Shown here piece after piece: positions 17,588 through 29,222 of a stretch of DNA of 58,110 bases. A program made the position numbers and the translations under genes. The notes under the pieces were generated by a model. It had not been told where the DNA came from. It saw only the letters and a list, made by a program, of their open reading frames with translations, and made no database searches. This DNA comes from Spirochaetales bacterium (GTDB taxonomy: Bacteria > Spirochaetota > Spirochaetia > Treponematales > UBA12059). Location: the NCBI GenBank assembly GCA_036769135.1, contig DAIPLR010000001.1, positions 13,589-71,698 of the forward strand. The letters are read 5' to 3'. Position 1 is the stretch's first letter. The number at the start of each line of letters is the position of its first letter.

Positions 17588-19218
17588 AGCCCGGTTCCCG
17601 GGCGGCGGCGCGCAGAGCCTTAGCCCTCCCGGCCGCGCTCGCGGCCGCCTGCGCCCTCGGCGCCGGCCTTCTATCGTGCGCCAGGCGCCCCGCGCCCTCC
17701 TTAAACGCCCTCTTCGCCGTGATCGATGCAGGCGCGCCGAGCGCCGGCCCCGAGCTCTTCATGACGGCGGCGGGCCTAGCCTCGTCGTCGAGCGATAGGC
17801 TGAGGCTCTTAAAGCGGGCCTCCGAACGCGACGCTTCGCTCTATGCCGAGGTCGCGCGCGCGATCATGGACGGCGGCGCCCTCAGCCAGACGGTGCTCCT
17901 AGCGGCCTTCGACGCCTTCATGCGCGCCGGTCGCTACGCCGACGCATCAGGGGCGCTCGCCGCGGCCGGGCCTCCGGCCGATTTCCCGTTGCACTACGCC
18001 GAGCTCATAGCGAGCGCACCGGCGGCCGGCGTCGAGCCTCCTATCGAACCGGCGGCCTACGCCCGGGTGGCGGACGCCGTCGGCGACCCCTCCTTTTTCG
18101 TGCAGGGCGCCCTATCGGCTATGCGACGCGGCATGCCGTCAGCCGCCCGCGAGCTGGCTCGCGCTGGCTTGGCGGCCGGCGCCTCGCTGCCTTTGGAGCT
18201 CCTCTGGGACGTAGGGCTCTTCGAGTATTTAGCCGACTTAGACGCCGAGTCCTATCGGGACGATCCGGCGGCCCTCGAGCTCGTCGCATCGGCGGCCTAT
18301 CGAGCCGGCCGCTACGAAGATGCGCTCGCCGCCTATGAGCTCCTCGCCGCGATCCACCCGGAGTATAGCTGGCGTACCTATGCCGCCTTAGGCCGACTGG
18401 CCGCCTATGAAACGAGGGCCGGCGCCCTAGCGTCGGCGAGCGCGCGAGGCGCCGCGGTCGCCCCTCGTCCCCCTGCCGAACTCCTCTTACCCGCCGGGCC
18501 GGACCCTGTAGCGCGCGCCTATGAGCGGCTCCTCGCGATTTTCGGCGGCTCGCCCGAGGCCCGGCTTGAATACGCATTCTTCTTAGCGCGGCGGGGTAGG
18601 GTGCGCGACGCGACCGCCGCCTTGGAAGCCATGGATGCCTTAGGCGCGGAACGGGACGAGGGGCTCGCGGCGGCCGCGCTGGGACTGCGGGCTTCGCTCG
18701 AGCCGACGAGGGCGCGGGCCATTAGCCTGGCCGCGCTGGCCGCGCATCCGGCGCGGGCCGCCGTGGTCGATCAGGCCTTGGCCGTCTTCGCCTCCGGTCG
18801 GCTGTGGGCGGACTATCGCTCCCTACGCGCCTCCTCGCGCGCTCTGGCGAGCTCCCTGCCGCGGGCTTGGTTCTGGGACGCGATCGACGAGCTGGCCGGC
18901 GGCGGCTACGCGGCGGCGCTCGAGCGCTTCGACGGCCCGACCGCGCCCGAGGACGCCTATGCGGCGGCATTAGGCGCAGCCCTAGCCCTAACCGGGCTCG
19001 GGCGGCATGCGCAGGCCGCGGGACGCTACGCCGCGGCCGTAGCCGCCGCGCCGGACGCCGCCAGCAAGGCGCGTAGCTTAGTCCGCGAAGGCGAGTCGTG
19101 GCGCGCCGCGCGCGAAGCGGCCAAGGCCCGCGCGGCCTTCATGGCCGCCTTATCCTTGGATCCAGCCGCCCCCGGCGCCGCGCGCGGCCTCCTTGCGCTT
19201 GATGCCGCGAGCCCCTAG
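17563..19218 (+). CDS. Ala-rich TPR-like repeat protein, probable lipoprotein
   Basis: 551-aa ORF. The N-terminus ...LAAACALGAGLLSCARRP looks like a signal peptide with a lipobox-like LLSC. Repeated A-Y/A-L helical hairpin patterns follow. No catalytic motifs recognised. Confidence 0.6.
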   Translation: MERARRSLKPGSRAAARRALALPAALAAACALGAGLLSCARRPAPSLNALFAVIDAGAPSAGPELFMTAAGLASSSSDRLRLLKRASERDASLYAEVARAIMDGGALSQTVLLAAFDAFMRAGRYADASGALAAAGPPADFPLHYAELIASAPAAGVEPPIEPAAYARVADAVGDPSFFVQGALSAMRRGMPSAARELARAGLAAGASLPLELLWDVGLFEYLADLDAESYRDDPAALELVASAAYRAGRYEDALAAYELLAAIHPEYSWRTYAALGRLAAYETRAGALASASARGAAVAPRPPAELLLPAGPDPVARAYERLLAIFGGSPEARLEYAFFLARRGRVRDATAALEAMDALGAERDEGLAAAALGLRASLEPTRARAISLAALAAHPARAAVVDQALAVFASGRLWADYRSLRASSRALASSLPRAWFWDAIDELAGGGYAAALERFDGPTAPEDAYAAALGAALALTGLGRHAQAAGRYAAAVAAAPDAASKARSLVREGESWRAAREAAKARAAFMAALSLDPAAPGAARGLLALDAASP

Positions 19219-19332
19219 AGGCTATCTTTAGGCCCGCGAACCCAAGGCCCGCCGCGACGCGAGCGCGTCGCCCGTCCTAGCGGGCCTTCGCGAGCCCGCG
19301 GCCGTATCCGCCCTAAGAAAGGTTTTCATCCT

Positions 19333-20079
19333 ATGTTGAAATTGAAGAACGCCGAGCAATTAGCCGGTATACGGGCTTCGTGCCTGCTCCTATCCGAACT
19401 CTACGCCTTCCTCCGCCCCCGGGTCGTCGTAGGCGTCAGCACGGCGGAGCTCAACGCCGATGCCGAGGCCTTTATCGAGAAAGCCGGCGCCCTCCCGGCC
19501 TTTAAAGGTTACTACGATTTTCCCGCCGCGCTCTGCATCTCGGTCAACGAGGAAGTGATACACGGCATACCCGGCAAGCGCGTCTTAAAGCCCGGCGACC
19601 TCGTCGGCATAGACTGCGGCATCAACTTGGGCGGCTACTTCAGCGACGCCGCCTTCAGCGTACCCTTGCCGCCGGTCGCGCCGGAGACGGAGCGGCTGGT
19701 GAAGGTGACCCAAGAATGCCTCGAGCGCGCGATAGCGGCAATGAAGGTCGGCGGCCGCGTCCATGACATATCCAGGGCGGTGTTCAGCCACGCCAAGGCT
19801 AACGGCTTCGGGGTCGTGCGCCCGTACTGCGGCCACGGCGTCGGCTTCGGCGTGCACGAAGACCCGCAGGTGCCCAACTACGTGAGCTCGGGCCCCAATC
19901 CCCGCCTCGTGCCGGGCATGGTGCTGGCCATAGAGCCCATGATCAACGCCGGGGGCGACGCCATCGAGGAGCTGGACGACGGTTGGACCGTGGTGACCCG
20001 CGACGGATCGTATTCGGCCCATTTCGAGCATACGGTCGCCGTCACCGAGGTCGGCATCGAGGTCCTGACCCGCTGGTAA
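19333..20079 (+). CDS. map: type I methionine aminopeptidase
   Basis: CISVNEEVIHGIP, D..GIDCG, GHGVG, LAIEPM and FEHTV metal-ligand motifs. Confidence 0.95.
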   Translation: MLKLKNAEQLAGIRASCLLLSELYAFLRPRVVVGVSTAELNADAEAFIEKAGALPAFKGYYDFPAALCISVNEEVIHGIPGKRVLKPGDLVGIDCGINLGGYFSDAAFSVPLPPVAPETERLVKVTQECLERAIAAMKVGGRVHDISRAVFSHAKANGFGVVRPYCGHGVGFGVHEDPQVPNYVSSGPNPRLVPGMVLAIEPMINAGGDAIEELDDGWTVVTRDGSYSAHFEHTVAVTEVGIEVLTRW

Positions 20080-20196
20080 ACGCCGCCCCTGCGGTAACCG
20101 ACGCATCGATAAATCGTTATATTGGACGCTAGACAATTTTGAACCGCGCGACGCGCGCCGGCCGCGGGCCGTCGGCGCCGCATCAAGGAGCGAGCT

Positions 20197-21717
<1,521 letters not shown>

Positions 21718-21744
21718 TGCTACAGTAAAGAGGTGCATGGCTCG

Positions 21745-21767
21745 GGCCCGACCATCGCGGTCGGGCC
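21745..21767 (+). terminator. possible weak terminator hairpin after htrA
   Basis: GGCCCGACC-atcgc-GGTCGGGCC (9-bp stem) followed only by TTCGTCC, so the U tail is poor. Confidence 0.35.
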
Positions 21768-21806
21768 TTCGTCCATAGGTAGCGATCGCATGAAACGGGG
21801 TAACGC

Positions 21807-22412
21807 GTGAGCAAAGAATTCATATCGTATAACCAGGTGCGTAATAATGCGCTGAAGCTCGCGCACCGCATCCACGTCGACGGCTTCGTGCCCGACGTCG
21901 TCTACGTCTCCCTACGAGGCGGCGCCTACCTCGGCAACGTCATATCCGAATACTTCAAGGCCGTCCGCAAAGACAATCGGCCGGTCTTCTACGCGGCGGT
22001 CGTCGCCCGATCGTACACCGACGTACGCCAGTGCGAGCAGGTGCGGGTCGACGGCTGGACCTACAGCCCCGAATACCTGCGCAACGGCGACAAGGTGCTG
22101 CTCGTCGACGATATCTACGATTCGGGGCGCACCATCAACCACCTGGCCAACGTAATCCTTGAGAAGGGCGTGCCCCGCAAGGACCTTAAGATAGCCGTGC
22201 ACGACTACAAGATCGTCCGCTATCGCGGGGAATCCCTACCCATCGTACCCGATTACTGGTGCCGCCTCCATGATATCCAAAAGCCCGAGGACGAGCGCTG
22301 GATCCACTACATGAGCCATGAGCTCGTCGGCCTCACCGAGGCCGAGCTCAAGACCCATTACTACCCCGAGGATCCGGAGCTGCAGGATATCCTGTCGGTC
22401 TTAAAGCAGTAG
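21807..22412 (+). CDS. phosphoribosyltransferase family protein (purine PRTase-like)
   Basis: PRPP-binding motif KVLLVDDIYDSGRT. 201 aa, GTG start. Confidence 0.8.
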   Translation: MSKEFISYNQVRNNALKLAHRIHVDGFVPDVVYVSLRGGAYLGNVISEYFKAVRKDNRPVFYAAVVARSYTDVRQCEQVRVDGWTYSPEYLRNGDKVLLVDDIYDSGRTINHLANVILEKGVPRKDLKIAVHDYKIVRYRGESLPIVPDYWCRLHDIQKPEDERWIHYMSHELVGLTEAELKTHYYPEDPELQDILSVLKQ

Positions 22413-22414
22413 CC

Positions 22415-25342
22415 ATGCTTCGCAGGCTCGGGACGCCGGCTCAGCTTCGCCTCCTCGCCTGCGCCGCGCTGGCGGCGGCCTTGACCGTCTGGGCCATCGC
22501 GCCGGCGGCCGCCCAGGCCGCCGCGCCGTCGCTCGCTCCGTCGTCGCCGTCCCCCGTCTTCTTCGAGCCGCCCCGGGGCAGCCGCTATCGATTCGGCCCC
22601 GACGGTCCGTGGATCGACGCCGCCGGGTCGGTGACCCTGGTCGCTTTCCAGGGCGAGGCGCGACGCTACGATATCGAGATAGAGGAGGGCGCCGCCCGCC
22701 GGGTCGTCGGCCTCGTCGTCGATCGGCGGCCGCCTAAGCCGCCGGCCATCGAGCCGCCGCCGGGCTTCGTCGGCTCCTCCTTGGCGCCGCGCCTTTCGGC
22801 CGAGGGCGCCGTCTTCGTCAGCGTCGACGGCGCGCCTTTCTCGTCTTACGACCCGGAGCTCGGCCTGAGCTTCGCGGCGCCTACCGACGCCACCCGTATA
22901 CTGAACCTGGTCGCCTATGCGCGCGACGCGGCGGGTAACCTGAGCCGCCCGAGCTCCGCGACCTGGATCCTGGCGCCCGAAGGGCTTAAGCCCACGGCCT
23001 CGGCGACGCCAGCCGAGCCGGTCGTACGTCCCTCGGCTGCGGCGACGCCGCGACCTGAGGATGAGTGGCGGCTTACGGCCGCCGAGGATTTCGCCCAGGG
23101 CTTCGCCGTCGAGTTCAGTCCGCCGGAGGGCGCGACCGCCCTCCTCGCGGTCTCTCAGGATCAGGACGAGACCTTCCCCCCCGAGGCCTATGCCGAGCTC
23201 GCCTCGCGCGAAGGCCGCGCCGTCGCCTTGGTGCCCGTAAACCAGGGGGACCTACGGCCTTTCTATATCCGCGCCGCCTATCGAACCGTCGACGGCTCCG
23301 TAGTCCTCGGACCGGCCCTGGAGCTCCGGCGCTCGAGCTCGCCGGTATCGCGCCTGCGTCCGGAGGCTCCCGAGCCGCATATCGCCGCGCTCGGCTCATG
23401 GAGCGTGCTCTCGTGGCCGGCTTCATCGGTCGCCGTCTACGTTTCGTTGGACGGCGGACCGTTCGAGGCCTACCGGGATCCGTTGGCCATAGACCGCTCC
23501 GCCGGCGATCGCTCCATACGCTATTACGCCGAGTTGCTCGGAACGCGCGGGGAGCTTCGGGAGCTAGCCCTGCCGCTCGTTCGGCTCGCCTCGGCGCCTG
23601 AAGTGCGGGGAGCGATCGACGGCGGCATGTACGGGACGGCGGTGGAGCTGAACTCCGGCCAGGCCGGCCTCCGTTACGAGCTGGGCGTCGACGGCGCTAC
23701 GCCCGCCCCGATAGGCCCGGCTAGTCCTAGGCTCGGCCCTGCGCTTAAGCTCGAGGGCGCCGCCGGTTCGGTAAAACGGTACTTCGTCCGCGTCGCCGCC
23801 GTACGCGAGGACGGCTCGATCGGTCCGGAGCGCTTCCTGCGCTTCGGCATCGACCTGGAGCCGCCGCCGGTACCGACCCTGACGGGTTTAGCCGACGGCC
23901 CGGAGTCAGAAGTCGCCGAGACCCTGGCCTTCGTCCCGCAAGAAGGCCGCATCTTCGTCAGCGTCGATCCCGATACGCCGCGCTATCGGCTTTACGAGGG
24001 GCCGTTAACCTTAGGCGAGGGCCAGCAAGGCCGCCGTAGCTACCTCATCCGCGCCTATGCCGAAGACGAATTCGGTAACCGTTCCGCGCCTATGCAGCCG
24101 CGGCGCTTGGTGATAGACCCGGACTCCGTCTACGTCGCCGAAGGCGGCCGCGTCGGGGCCGCCGGCACGATGGCCGATCCCTTCGGCGATCTCCGCGAAG
24201 CCCTCGGCCGCGCTGAGGCCGCGGGCCGGCGCACCGTCTATATCCGAGGGCGCCTGGCGCTCCGCGGCAGCCTTTCGCTCGGCCCAGGCTTCAGGCTCAT
24301 AGGCGCCCGCGGCGAGGCTTGGGAAGAGGGCGGGGCCTCCGGGGCCGCGCTGAGTTTCGACGGCGAGCCCGGTTCAGAGGCCGCCTATCTGCGTATCGCC
24401 GGCGGCTCGGTAGAGCTTCAGAACCTAGCGCTTCGTTTCAGCGGCGGCGGAACCTTCGCCGCCCTGCGCGCCCAGGGCGCGGATCTGCATATGCGAACCG
24501 TCGAGCTCATCGTAAGCGGCGGGCTGGACGCGCAAGCCCTGTCGCTCGTCTCGTCGACGCTCCGGGCCGAGGGCCTTACATATCGCGCCGCGGCTTCGAT
24601 AACGGCGCGCTTCGCCCAGCTCGAACGCTCCGAGCTCGTCCTCGCGGACGCCCGCCTGGAGGCGAGCGGCGTCATGCTCTTCGAAGCCTTCCGCGCGCGC
24701 GATTCCAAGCTGGAGCTCGCTTCGACGCGGGTCGACGCGAGCCCCGGGCAGGCCTTCTCAGGGCTGACGCTCGCCGGCGGCTCGGCTCGGCTGGCCGATT
24801 CGGCGTTCTTCGTACGGGCCGGGGCGGCCTCGTTTAGGCTCTTCAGCCTCGAAAGCGCCTCGCTCCAGGCGAGCGGCTGTTACCTCGAGCTCGATTGGCG
24901 GGGACCGGCGCTCGTAGCCTCGCTCAGCCGCGACGCCTCGCTCAAGCTGGCCTATAGCACGATGATATTGTCCGCGGGGGACGTGAGCCTCGTTTCCTCG
25001 GAGGCTTCGAGCTACGAGCTGGCGGCCAACATCCTACAAGTCAGGGCTGGGCGGGCTCGCTTCGAAGCCGCGGCATCCGGCGCTTCGCCCGTCGCGTCGG
25101 GACGCGCCTTCGTCTACGCCAACGCCCTTTGGGGCTTCTCTGAACTCGGCGAGCTTAATCGTCGCCTGCCGCAGGGCCTTATGCGGAATTTCGAGGAGGC
25201 CCCCGCGCTTACCTTCGCCGGTAGGGAAAAAGATTCCTATCGCCTCGCCCCGAGCTCGGCCTGCGTCCGCTCGGCCCCCTCGCTGGACTGGGCAGGCGAG
25301 CGATATAGCGCCAATCCATCGATAGGAGCCCATCAATTTTGA
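22415..25342 (+). CDS. large secreted protein: three Fn3/CHB_HEX_C-like modules plus a C-terminal right-handed beta-helix-like region (DUF1565-like)
   Basis: Signal peptide ...AALTVWAIAPAAAQA. Three recurring modules: VFVSVDGAPFSSYDPEL..AYARDAAGNLS, VYVSLDGGPFEAYRDPL and IFVSVDPDTPRYRLYEGPL..AYAEDEFGNRS. Then DPFGDLREALGRAEAAGRRTVYIRG, followed by Gly/Ala/Ser/Leu-rich repeats. Confidence 0.75.
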   Translation: MLRRLGTPAQLRLLACAALAAALTVWAIAPAAAQAAAPSLAPSSPSPVFFEPPRGSRYRFGPDGPWIDAAGSVTLVAFQGEARRYDIEIEEGAARRVVGLVVDRRPPKPPAIEPPPGFVGSSLAPRLSAEGAVFVSVDGAPFSSYDPELGLSFAAPTDATRILNLVAYARDAAGNLSRPSSATWILAPEGLKPTASATPAEPVVRPSAAATPRPEDEWRLTAAEDFAQGFAVEFSPPEGATALLAVSQDQDETFPPEAYAELASREGRAVALVPVNQGDLRPFYIRAAYRTVDGSVVLGPALELRRSSSPVSRLRPEAPEPHIAALGSWSVLSWPASSVAVYVSLDGGPFEAYRDPLAIDRSAGDRSIRYYAELLGTRGELRELALPLVRLASAPEVRGAIDGGMYGTAVELNSGQAGLRYELGVDGATPAPIGPASPRLGPALKLEGAAGSVKRYFVRVAAVREDGSIGPERFLRFGIDLEPPPVPTLTGLADGPESEVAETLAFVPQEGRIFVSVDPDTPRYRLYEGPLTLGEGQQGRRSYLIRAYAEDEFGNRSAPMQPRRLVIDPDSVYVAEGGRVGAAGTMADPFGDLREALGRAEAAGRRTVYIRGRLALRGSLSLGPGFRLIGARGEAWEEGGASGAALSFDGEPGSEAAYLRIAGGSVELQNLALRFSGGGTFAALRAQGADLHMRTVELIVSGGLDAQALSLVSSTLRAEGLTYRAAASITARFAQLERSELVLADARLEASGVMLFEAFRARDSKLELASTRVDASPGQAFSGLTLAGGSARLADSAFFVRAGAASFRLFSLESASLQASGCYLELDWRGPALVASLSRDASLKLAYSTMILSAGDVSLVSSEASSYELAANILQVRAGRARFEAAASGASPVASGRAFVYANALWGFSELGELNRRLPQGLMRNFEEAPALTFAGREKDSYRLAPSSACVRSAPSLDWAGERYSANPSIGAHQF

Positions 25343-26967
25343 ATCGCATATTCCGGGCGAGCCATAGGCTCGCGGCGGCTTTCTTCTTCCTCGCGCTCAC
25401 GGCGGCGATCGGCGCCCAACCCTCGGCCGAGCTCGTCCCTCCCGCGGCCCTAGCCGAGTTGGAGGCGGGCCTGCGATCCCTGATAGCGCCGCGCGACCTG
25501 GCCAAGGCCGATGCGGCCGCGGTTGAGCTTAAGGCGGCGCGCCTCGGCTTAGGCTCGGCAGAAAGAGGCCTCGCGGCGTATTGGCAGCTATGGTTCAGCT
25601 CAGGCTCGAGCTTCGAAGGCGATTTCGACCGCGCCGCCTTTAAGGCCGCGTACGACGCCGTGACGGCGGCCGAGGGCAAGGCCCTGTCGGCGGCCCAGGC
25701 CTTCATGGCCGAGGCCAAGAAGGCCCGCGCCTATCCTGAGCGTTCGAAGCAGCTGCTCTTAGCCTTCGACGCGGCGATCAGCATGGATCCCGCTTGGCGT
25801 ATACGCGAGGCCGACAAGGCCGCGCTGAGGCAGGCGACGGTAGATGAACTGCTCGCGTCCGCCCTCGGGCCGGGCCTCGGGGGCTATGTAGCGGCGTCGC
25901 ATGAGCTCCTCGGCCGCGCGCCCGGCGGACGGGATATGCTGGCCGCCTTCGCCGCGGCCTGGGCCGCCGAGCCGGAAGAGGGGCTCTATCAGGCCTCCCT
26001 CGGCGTCGCCAAGGCCTACGGCCCGGCGGCGCGCTTTATAGCGTCGCGCCTCCTCCGCGGCGACGCCTTGGGCTATCTGGCCGTCAGGCTTTCGTTTATG
26101 CGCGAAATCCGCTTTCTCGGCCTATCGCGTTCAAGCGGCCTGGGCGAGGCGGAGCTTCGAACCGTCGCCGAGGCGGCGAGGCCGGCGCTCGCGCCGTCGA
26201 TTCGCGCGCCGGGCGACGAGGATATCGAGCGGGCGCTCGGCCTCTACGCCTCATGGCTATCGGCCTCGCTCCGCGACCGAAGCGACGAAGCGGCGACCTT
26301 CGCCCGCCTTTCAGCCGCCTACGGCGCCGACGAGGCTCTCCGCGCTTCGCTCGGCGCCGACGGCTCCCCCGACGGCTCCTCCGCCCGGGCTCGCTTGAAA
26401 TCCCGTCGGGACGCGTACTGGCTCAGGGCGGAAGAGGCTCTGGCGAGCGACCTGAGGGCGGAACTCCTCGCCTGGCTCCGCTCGAGCGGCTACGCCGCAT
26501 CGACCCCGCGGCTCAGCCTCAAGGTCACGTGCCAAGCCCTATCGGGTTCGAGCCTCGCCGCCGCCGTCGAGCTTGAGCTCTTGGTCGACGGCGCGCGTTA
26601 CTATCCGCCCTACGGCGCGCTCAAGGCCTCTATCGAAGCCTCTATACGGACCGTGTTCGGCGGCGAGCTACCCGCCTACGCCTTCGTCGAACGATTAGAC
26701 GCCCTGCGCTACGCCTACCGGGGGCCAGGCGAGCTCGCCCTGCGCGCCGAGCTCCTCGAGCTGAAGGGGGGGGAGGCGTCCGCGGCGGCCGAATCGTCCG
26801 ATGCCTCGGCGACGATTCCAGGCCCCGGCGACGCTATGGCCGCGCGTCCGTCGTGGAGCGTATCGGCCTGGATGGCCACGCGGCTAGGCGAGCCGGCCGT
26901 CGCGGCCTTGGCGCGGTCCTACGGCGCCGCCGTCGAAGCCGCCGCCCGCACGGAGAGCAGCCGATGA
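25339..26967 (+). CDS. secreted hypothetical protein (Ala-rich, mostly helical)
   Basis: 542-aa ORF. The TTG start overlaps the upstream stop (TTGA). Signal peptide RLAAAFFFLALTAAIGAQPS. No domains recognised. Confidence 0.65.
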   Translation: MNRIFRASHRLAAAFFFLALTAAIGAQPSAELVPPAALAELEAGLRSLIAPRDLAKADAAAVELKAARLGLGSAERGLAAYWQLWFSSGSSFEGDFDRAAFKAAYDAVTAAEGKALSAAQAFMAEAKKARAYPERSKQLLLAFDAAISMDPAWRIREADKAALRQATVDELLASALGPGLGGYVAASHELLGRAPGGRDMLAAFAAAWAAEPEEGLYQASLGVAKAYGPAARFIASRLLRGDALGYLAVRLSFMREIRFLGLSRSSGLGEAELRTVAEAARPALAPSIRAPGDEDIERALGLYASWLSASLRDRSDEAATFARLSAAYGADEALRASLGADGSPDGSSARARLKSRRDAYWLRAEEALASDLRAELLAWLRSSGYAASTPRLSLKVTCQALSGSSLAAAVELELLVDGARYYPPYGALKASIEASIRTVFGGELPAYAFVERLDALRYAYRGPGELALRAELLELKGGEASAAAESSDASATIPGPGDAMAARPSWSVSAWMATRLGEPAVAALARSYGAAVEAAARTESSR

Positions 26968-28526
26968 AACGCTTCTTCCACTTCGTCGCCTTCCCGCTGA
27001 CGCTCTGCATCCTCGTAGGGCTCGCCGCCTGCGGGGCCGAGCGCCCAGCGCGCGTATCGGACGCCCCCGGGCTGAACGACCCGTCAGTGCAGGATCGGGC
27101 GGCGGAGTCGGTCGCCGAGGCATCGCCCTTGGGGGCGCCCGCGCCGGGAGCCGCCTCCGGGTATTGGCCTTCGCGGGCCGCGGCCTTCGGGACGCCTTTC
27201 GCGCCCGTGCCCGGCATGGAGCCTGCGGATTTGGGCGCTCGCCCTCGGGCCTACGGCGACGCCGCCTGGCTCGACGGACGAGGCGCTACCGTCGTTACTA
27301 TCATCGCCGGGTCTCCCGAGCCGCGGCTTTCGCCCTCGGCGGCGGCGGCCGACGGTTCCTCGGCCCAAGAGCTCGTCGCGGCCGCCGCGGCCTGGCCCCT
27401 GCCCGGCGGGCTCCGCGGCTTGCGCTTAGCTCCGGACGGAAGCCTAAAAATCTTCTCAGGCGGCGTCGAGCAGGCGCGCGCGGCCTTGCCAGAGGGGCTG
27501 CTCGGCGGGGGCCCCTATAGGCTCTATGCCTCGGCGCGCTTCGTCCTCGCCTGGTCGGCCGCCGGCGGCATGGCCGCCTACGCCCTACCGGGCCTTTCGC
27601 CGTTATGGTCAGCCGAAGGCGTCGCTTCCTTGCCGCTCCTCACCGAGTCGGCCGCCTTGTGGATACGAGCCGACGGCGCGATGGCCTACGCCGAGCTTGA
27701 GACGGCTCCGAGCGCGGGGGCGGGAAGCCTTTGGGCCCAGCCGACGATACGCGAACTCGCCGCCTTCGGCGCGTTCGAGCCCGACCCTCGCCCGGCCTAC
27801 GACGGCCGTCGGGTCTACGCGCTGGATAGCGGGGCCGCGCTCGTCGCCGTGGACGCCGCGAGCGGCCGGGAGGCATGGCGCGCTACGCCGGGATTCAAGC
27901 CCGAGTTCTTAGCGGCCGACGGCCAGGTCGTCTATGCCTTCGGCGCGGACGCGGCCGTATCGCTTTCGGCGGAGGACGGCCGCGTCCTCACGAGGCAGGC
28001 CCTGCCGGCCAAGCCGGCCGGCTTCCCGTCGCGGGCCGGCGGCCTCGTCGCGTACGCAGGCGCCGACGGCCTCGTCTATGCGGACGGCCTACGAAGCGAA
28101 GTCGGCGCGCCCGACGCGCGGACGGCGGAGGCCGAGCGCCTGGCGCGCGCCCTGCGGTTCAGGTTGGACAAATATGTGAACGACCATACCGCGCCGCTCG
28201 TCTTCGATACCATCATGCCCTATGTCGAGATGGCGCCGCATACGGGGCGCTATGCCTTCAGCGTCTATCGCTACGTAGCGCCCGAGGATGCGGGGGACAT
28301 GGCCGTCGAGATCTTCGGCCAGCTCGGCGCCGCGCTGGCGCCTGACGGCATCAGCGCCATCTTCGACGAGCGCGGCGAGGAGCTGCGCGGCAGCATCGAC
28401 GAGTTCGGCTCGCACCCCTCGTACACCCACTGGTTCGATCCTGGTAAGCTGTATTACGTCGCCGTCGGCCGCCGCGACCCCGGCGGGGAGCCGCTCTTCC
28501 TGCGCATACGCCGGGCTAGGCCGTAG
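26964..28526 (+). CDS. lipoprotein with PQQ/BamB-like beta-propeller repeats
   Basis: The track ORF starts at 26853. I prefer ATG 26964 (ATGA overlap), giving MKRFFHFVAFPLTLCILVGLAACGAE with lipobox LAAC. Propeller-type repeats include RVYALDSGAALVAVDAASGREAWR and GQVVYAFGADAAVSLSAEDGRV. Confidence 0.75.
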   Translation: MKRFFHFVAFPLTLCILVGLAACGAERPARVSDAPGLNDPSVQDRAAESVAEASPLGAPAPGAASGYWPSRAAAFGTPFAPVPGMEPADLGARPRAYGDAAWLDGRGATVVTIIAGSPEPRLSPSAAAADGSSAQELVAAAAAWPLPGGLRGLRLAPDGSLKIFSGGVEQARAALPEGLLGGGPYRLYASARFVLAWSAAGGMAAYALPGLSPLWSAEGVASLPLLTESAALWIRADGAMAYAELETAPSAGAGSLWAQPTIRELAAFGAFEPDPRPAYDGRRVYALDSGAALVAVDAASGREAWRATPGFKPEFLAADGQVVYAFGADAAVSLSAEDGRVLTRQALPAKPAGFPSRAGGLVAYAGADGLVYADGLRSEVGAPDARTAEAERLARALRFRLDKYVNDHTAPLVFDTIMPYVEMAPHTGRYAFSVYRYVAPEDAGDMAVEIFGQLGAALAPDGISAIFDERGEELRGSIDEFGSHPSYTHWFDPGKLYYVAVGRRDPGGEPLFLRIRRARP

Positions 28527-28541
28527 CGGGCCGTTTCGCCC

Positions 28542-29222
28542 TCAGCGTAGCGCCGTCAGGAGCTCAGGCTCCGCCTCGATGCGCTCGCTGTCATAGATCT
28601 GTCCCCCGCAAACCCCCACGGAGGCGTAGAGCGCCGCCCGGTGGAAATCCTCGTCGTAGTCGGCTAGCGCGTCCTCGGCGAAGGCTATCTTGTAGCCTCG
28701 GTCTGAGGCGTCGCGAGCCGTCGTATCCACGCATTGGCTCGTGGCCAGGCCCGCCATGAGGATCGCGTCGACGCCGGCCGCCCTGAGCCGCCCGTCGAGT
28801 TCGGTCCCGCAGAAGCCCGAGTAGCCGCGCTTATCGACGACCAGGTCATCCGCATCGGGCGCGCAGAAGGGCGCCGGCTCGGCCAGTGGCTCGGAGGCGA
28901 GGGGATAGGCGCCGGGGTAGCCGGCCGCCAGGGCCTTTCGATTGAAGTCGACGAAGAAGCGGTGCAGGTCGCTCCGATCCGGCCGCTCCGAGCAGAGCCG
29001 GAGGTAGGCGATCGGCCAGCCCTCCGCCCTGAACAGGGGGATGAGCCGAGCCAGGGCCGGCCTGACGGACTCTTCAACGCGCCTGCGTATATACGCGGTG
29101 GAGCCGGGCCAGCGGCGCTCGCTATAGGCTACGAAGGGCGCGTCGGGCTCGAGGTAGTAGCGCTGTAGGTCGACGACGAGGAGGGCGGGGCGGCCCGCCC
29201 TCCCGTCGGCTAGGTCGCTCAG
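28542..29222 (-). CDS. isochorismatase-family cysteine hydrolase; 5' end unresolved (no canonical start; CTG 29222 proposed)
   Basis: The track lists only the last 71 aa (28542..28757). Hand translation shows the frame is open from 29381 and encodes PALLVVDLQRYY...LVVDKRGYSGF...ILMAGLATSQCVDTTARDA. These carry the Asp, Lys and Cys catalytic residues of the family. There is no ATG/GTG/TTG before ATG 28757. Confidence 0.65.
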   Translation of the reverse strand: MSDLADGRAGRPALLVVDLQRYYLEPDAPFVAYSERRWPGSTAYIRRRVEESVRPALARLIPLFRAEGWPIAYLRLCSERPDRSDLHRFFVDFNRKALAAGYPGAYPLASEPLAEPAPFCAPDADDLVVDKRGYSGFCGTELDGRLRAAGVDAILMAGLATSQCVDTTARDASDRGYKIAFAEDALADYDEDFHRAALYASVGVCGGQIYDSERIEAEPELLTALR

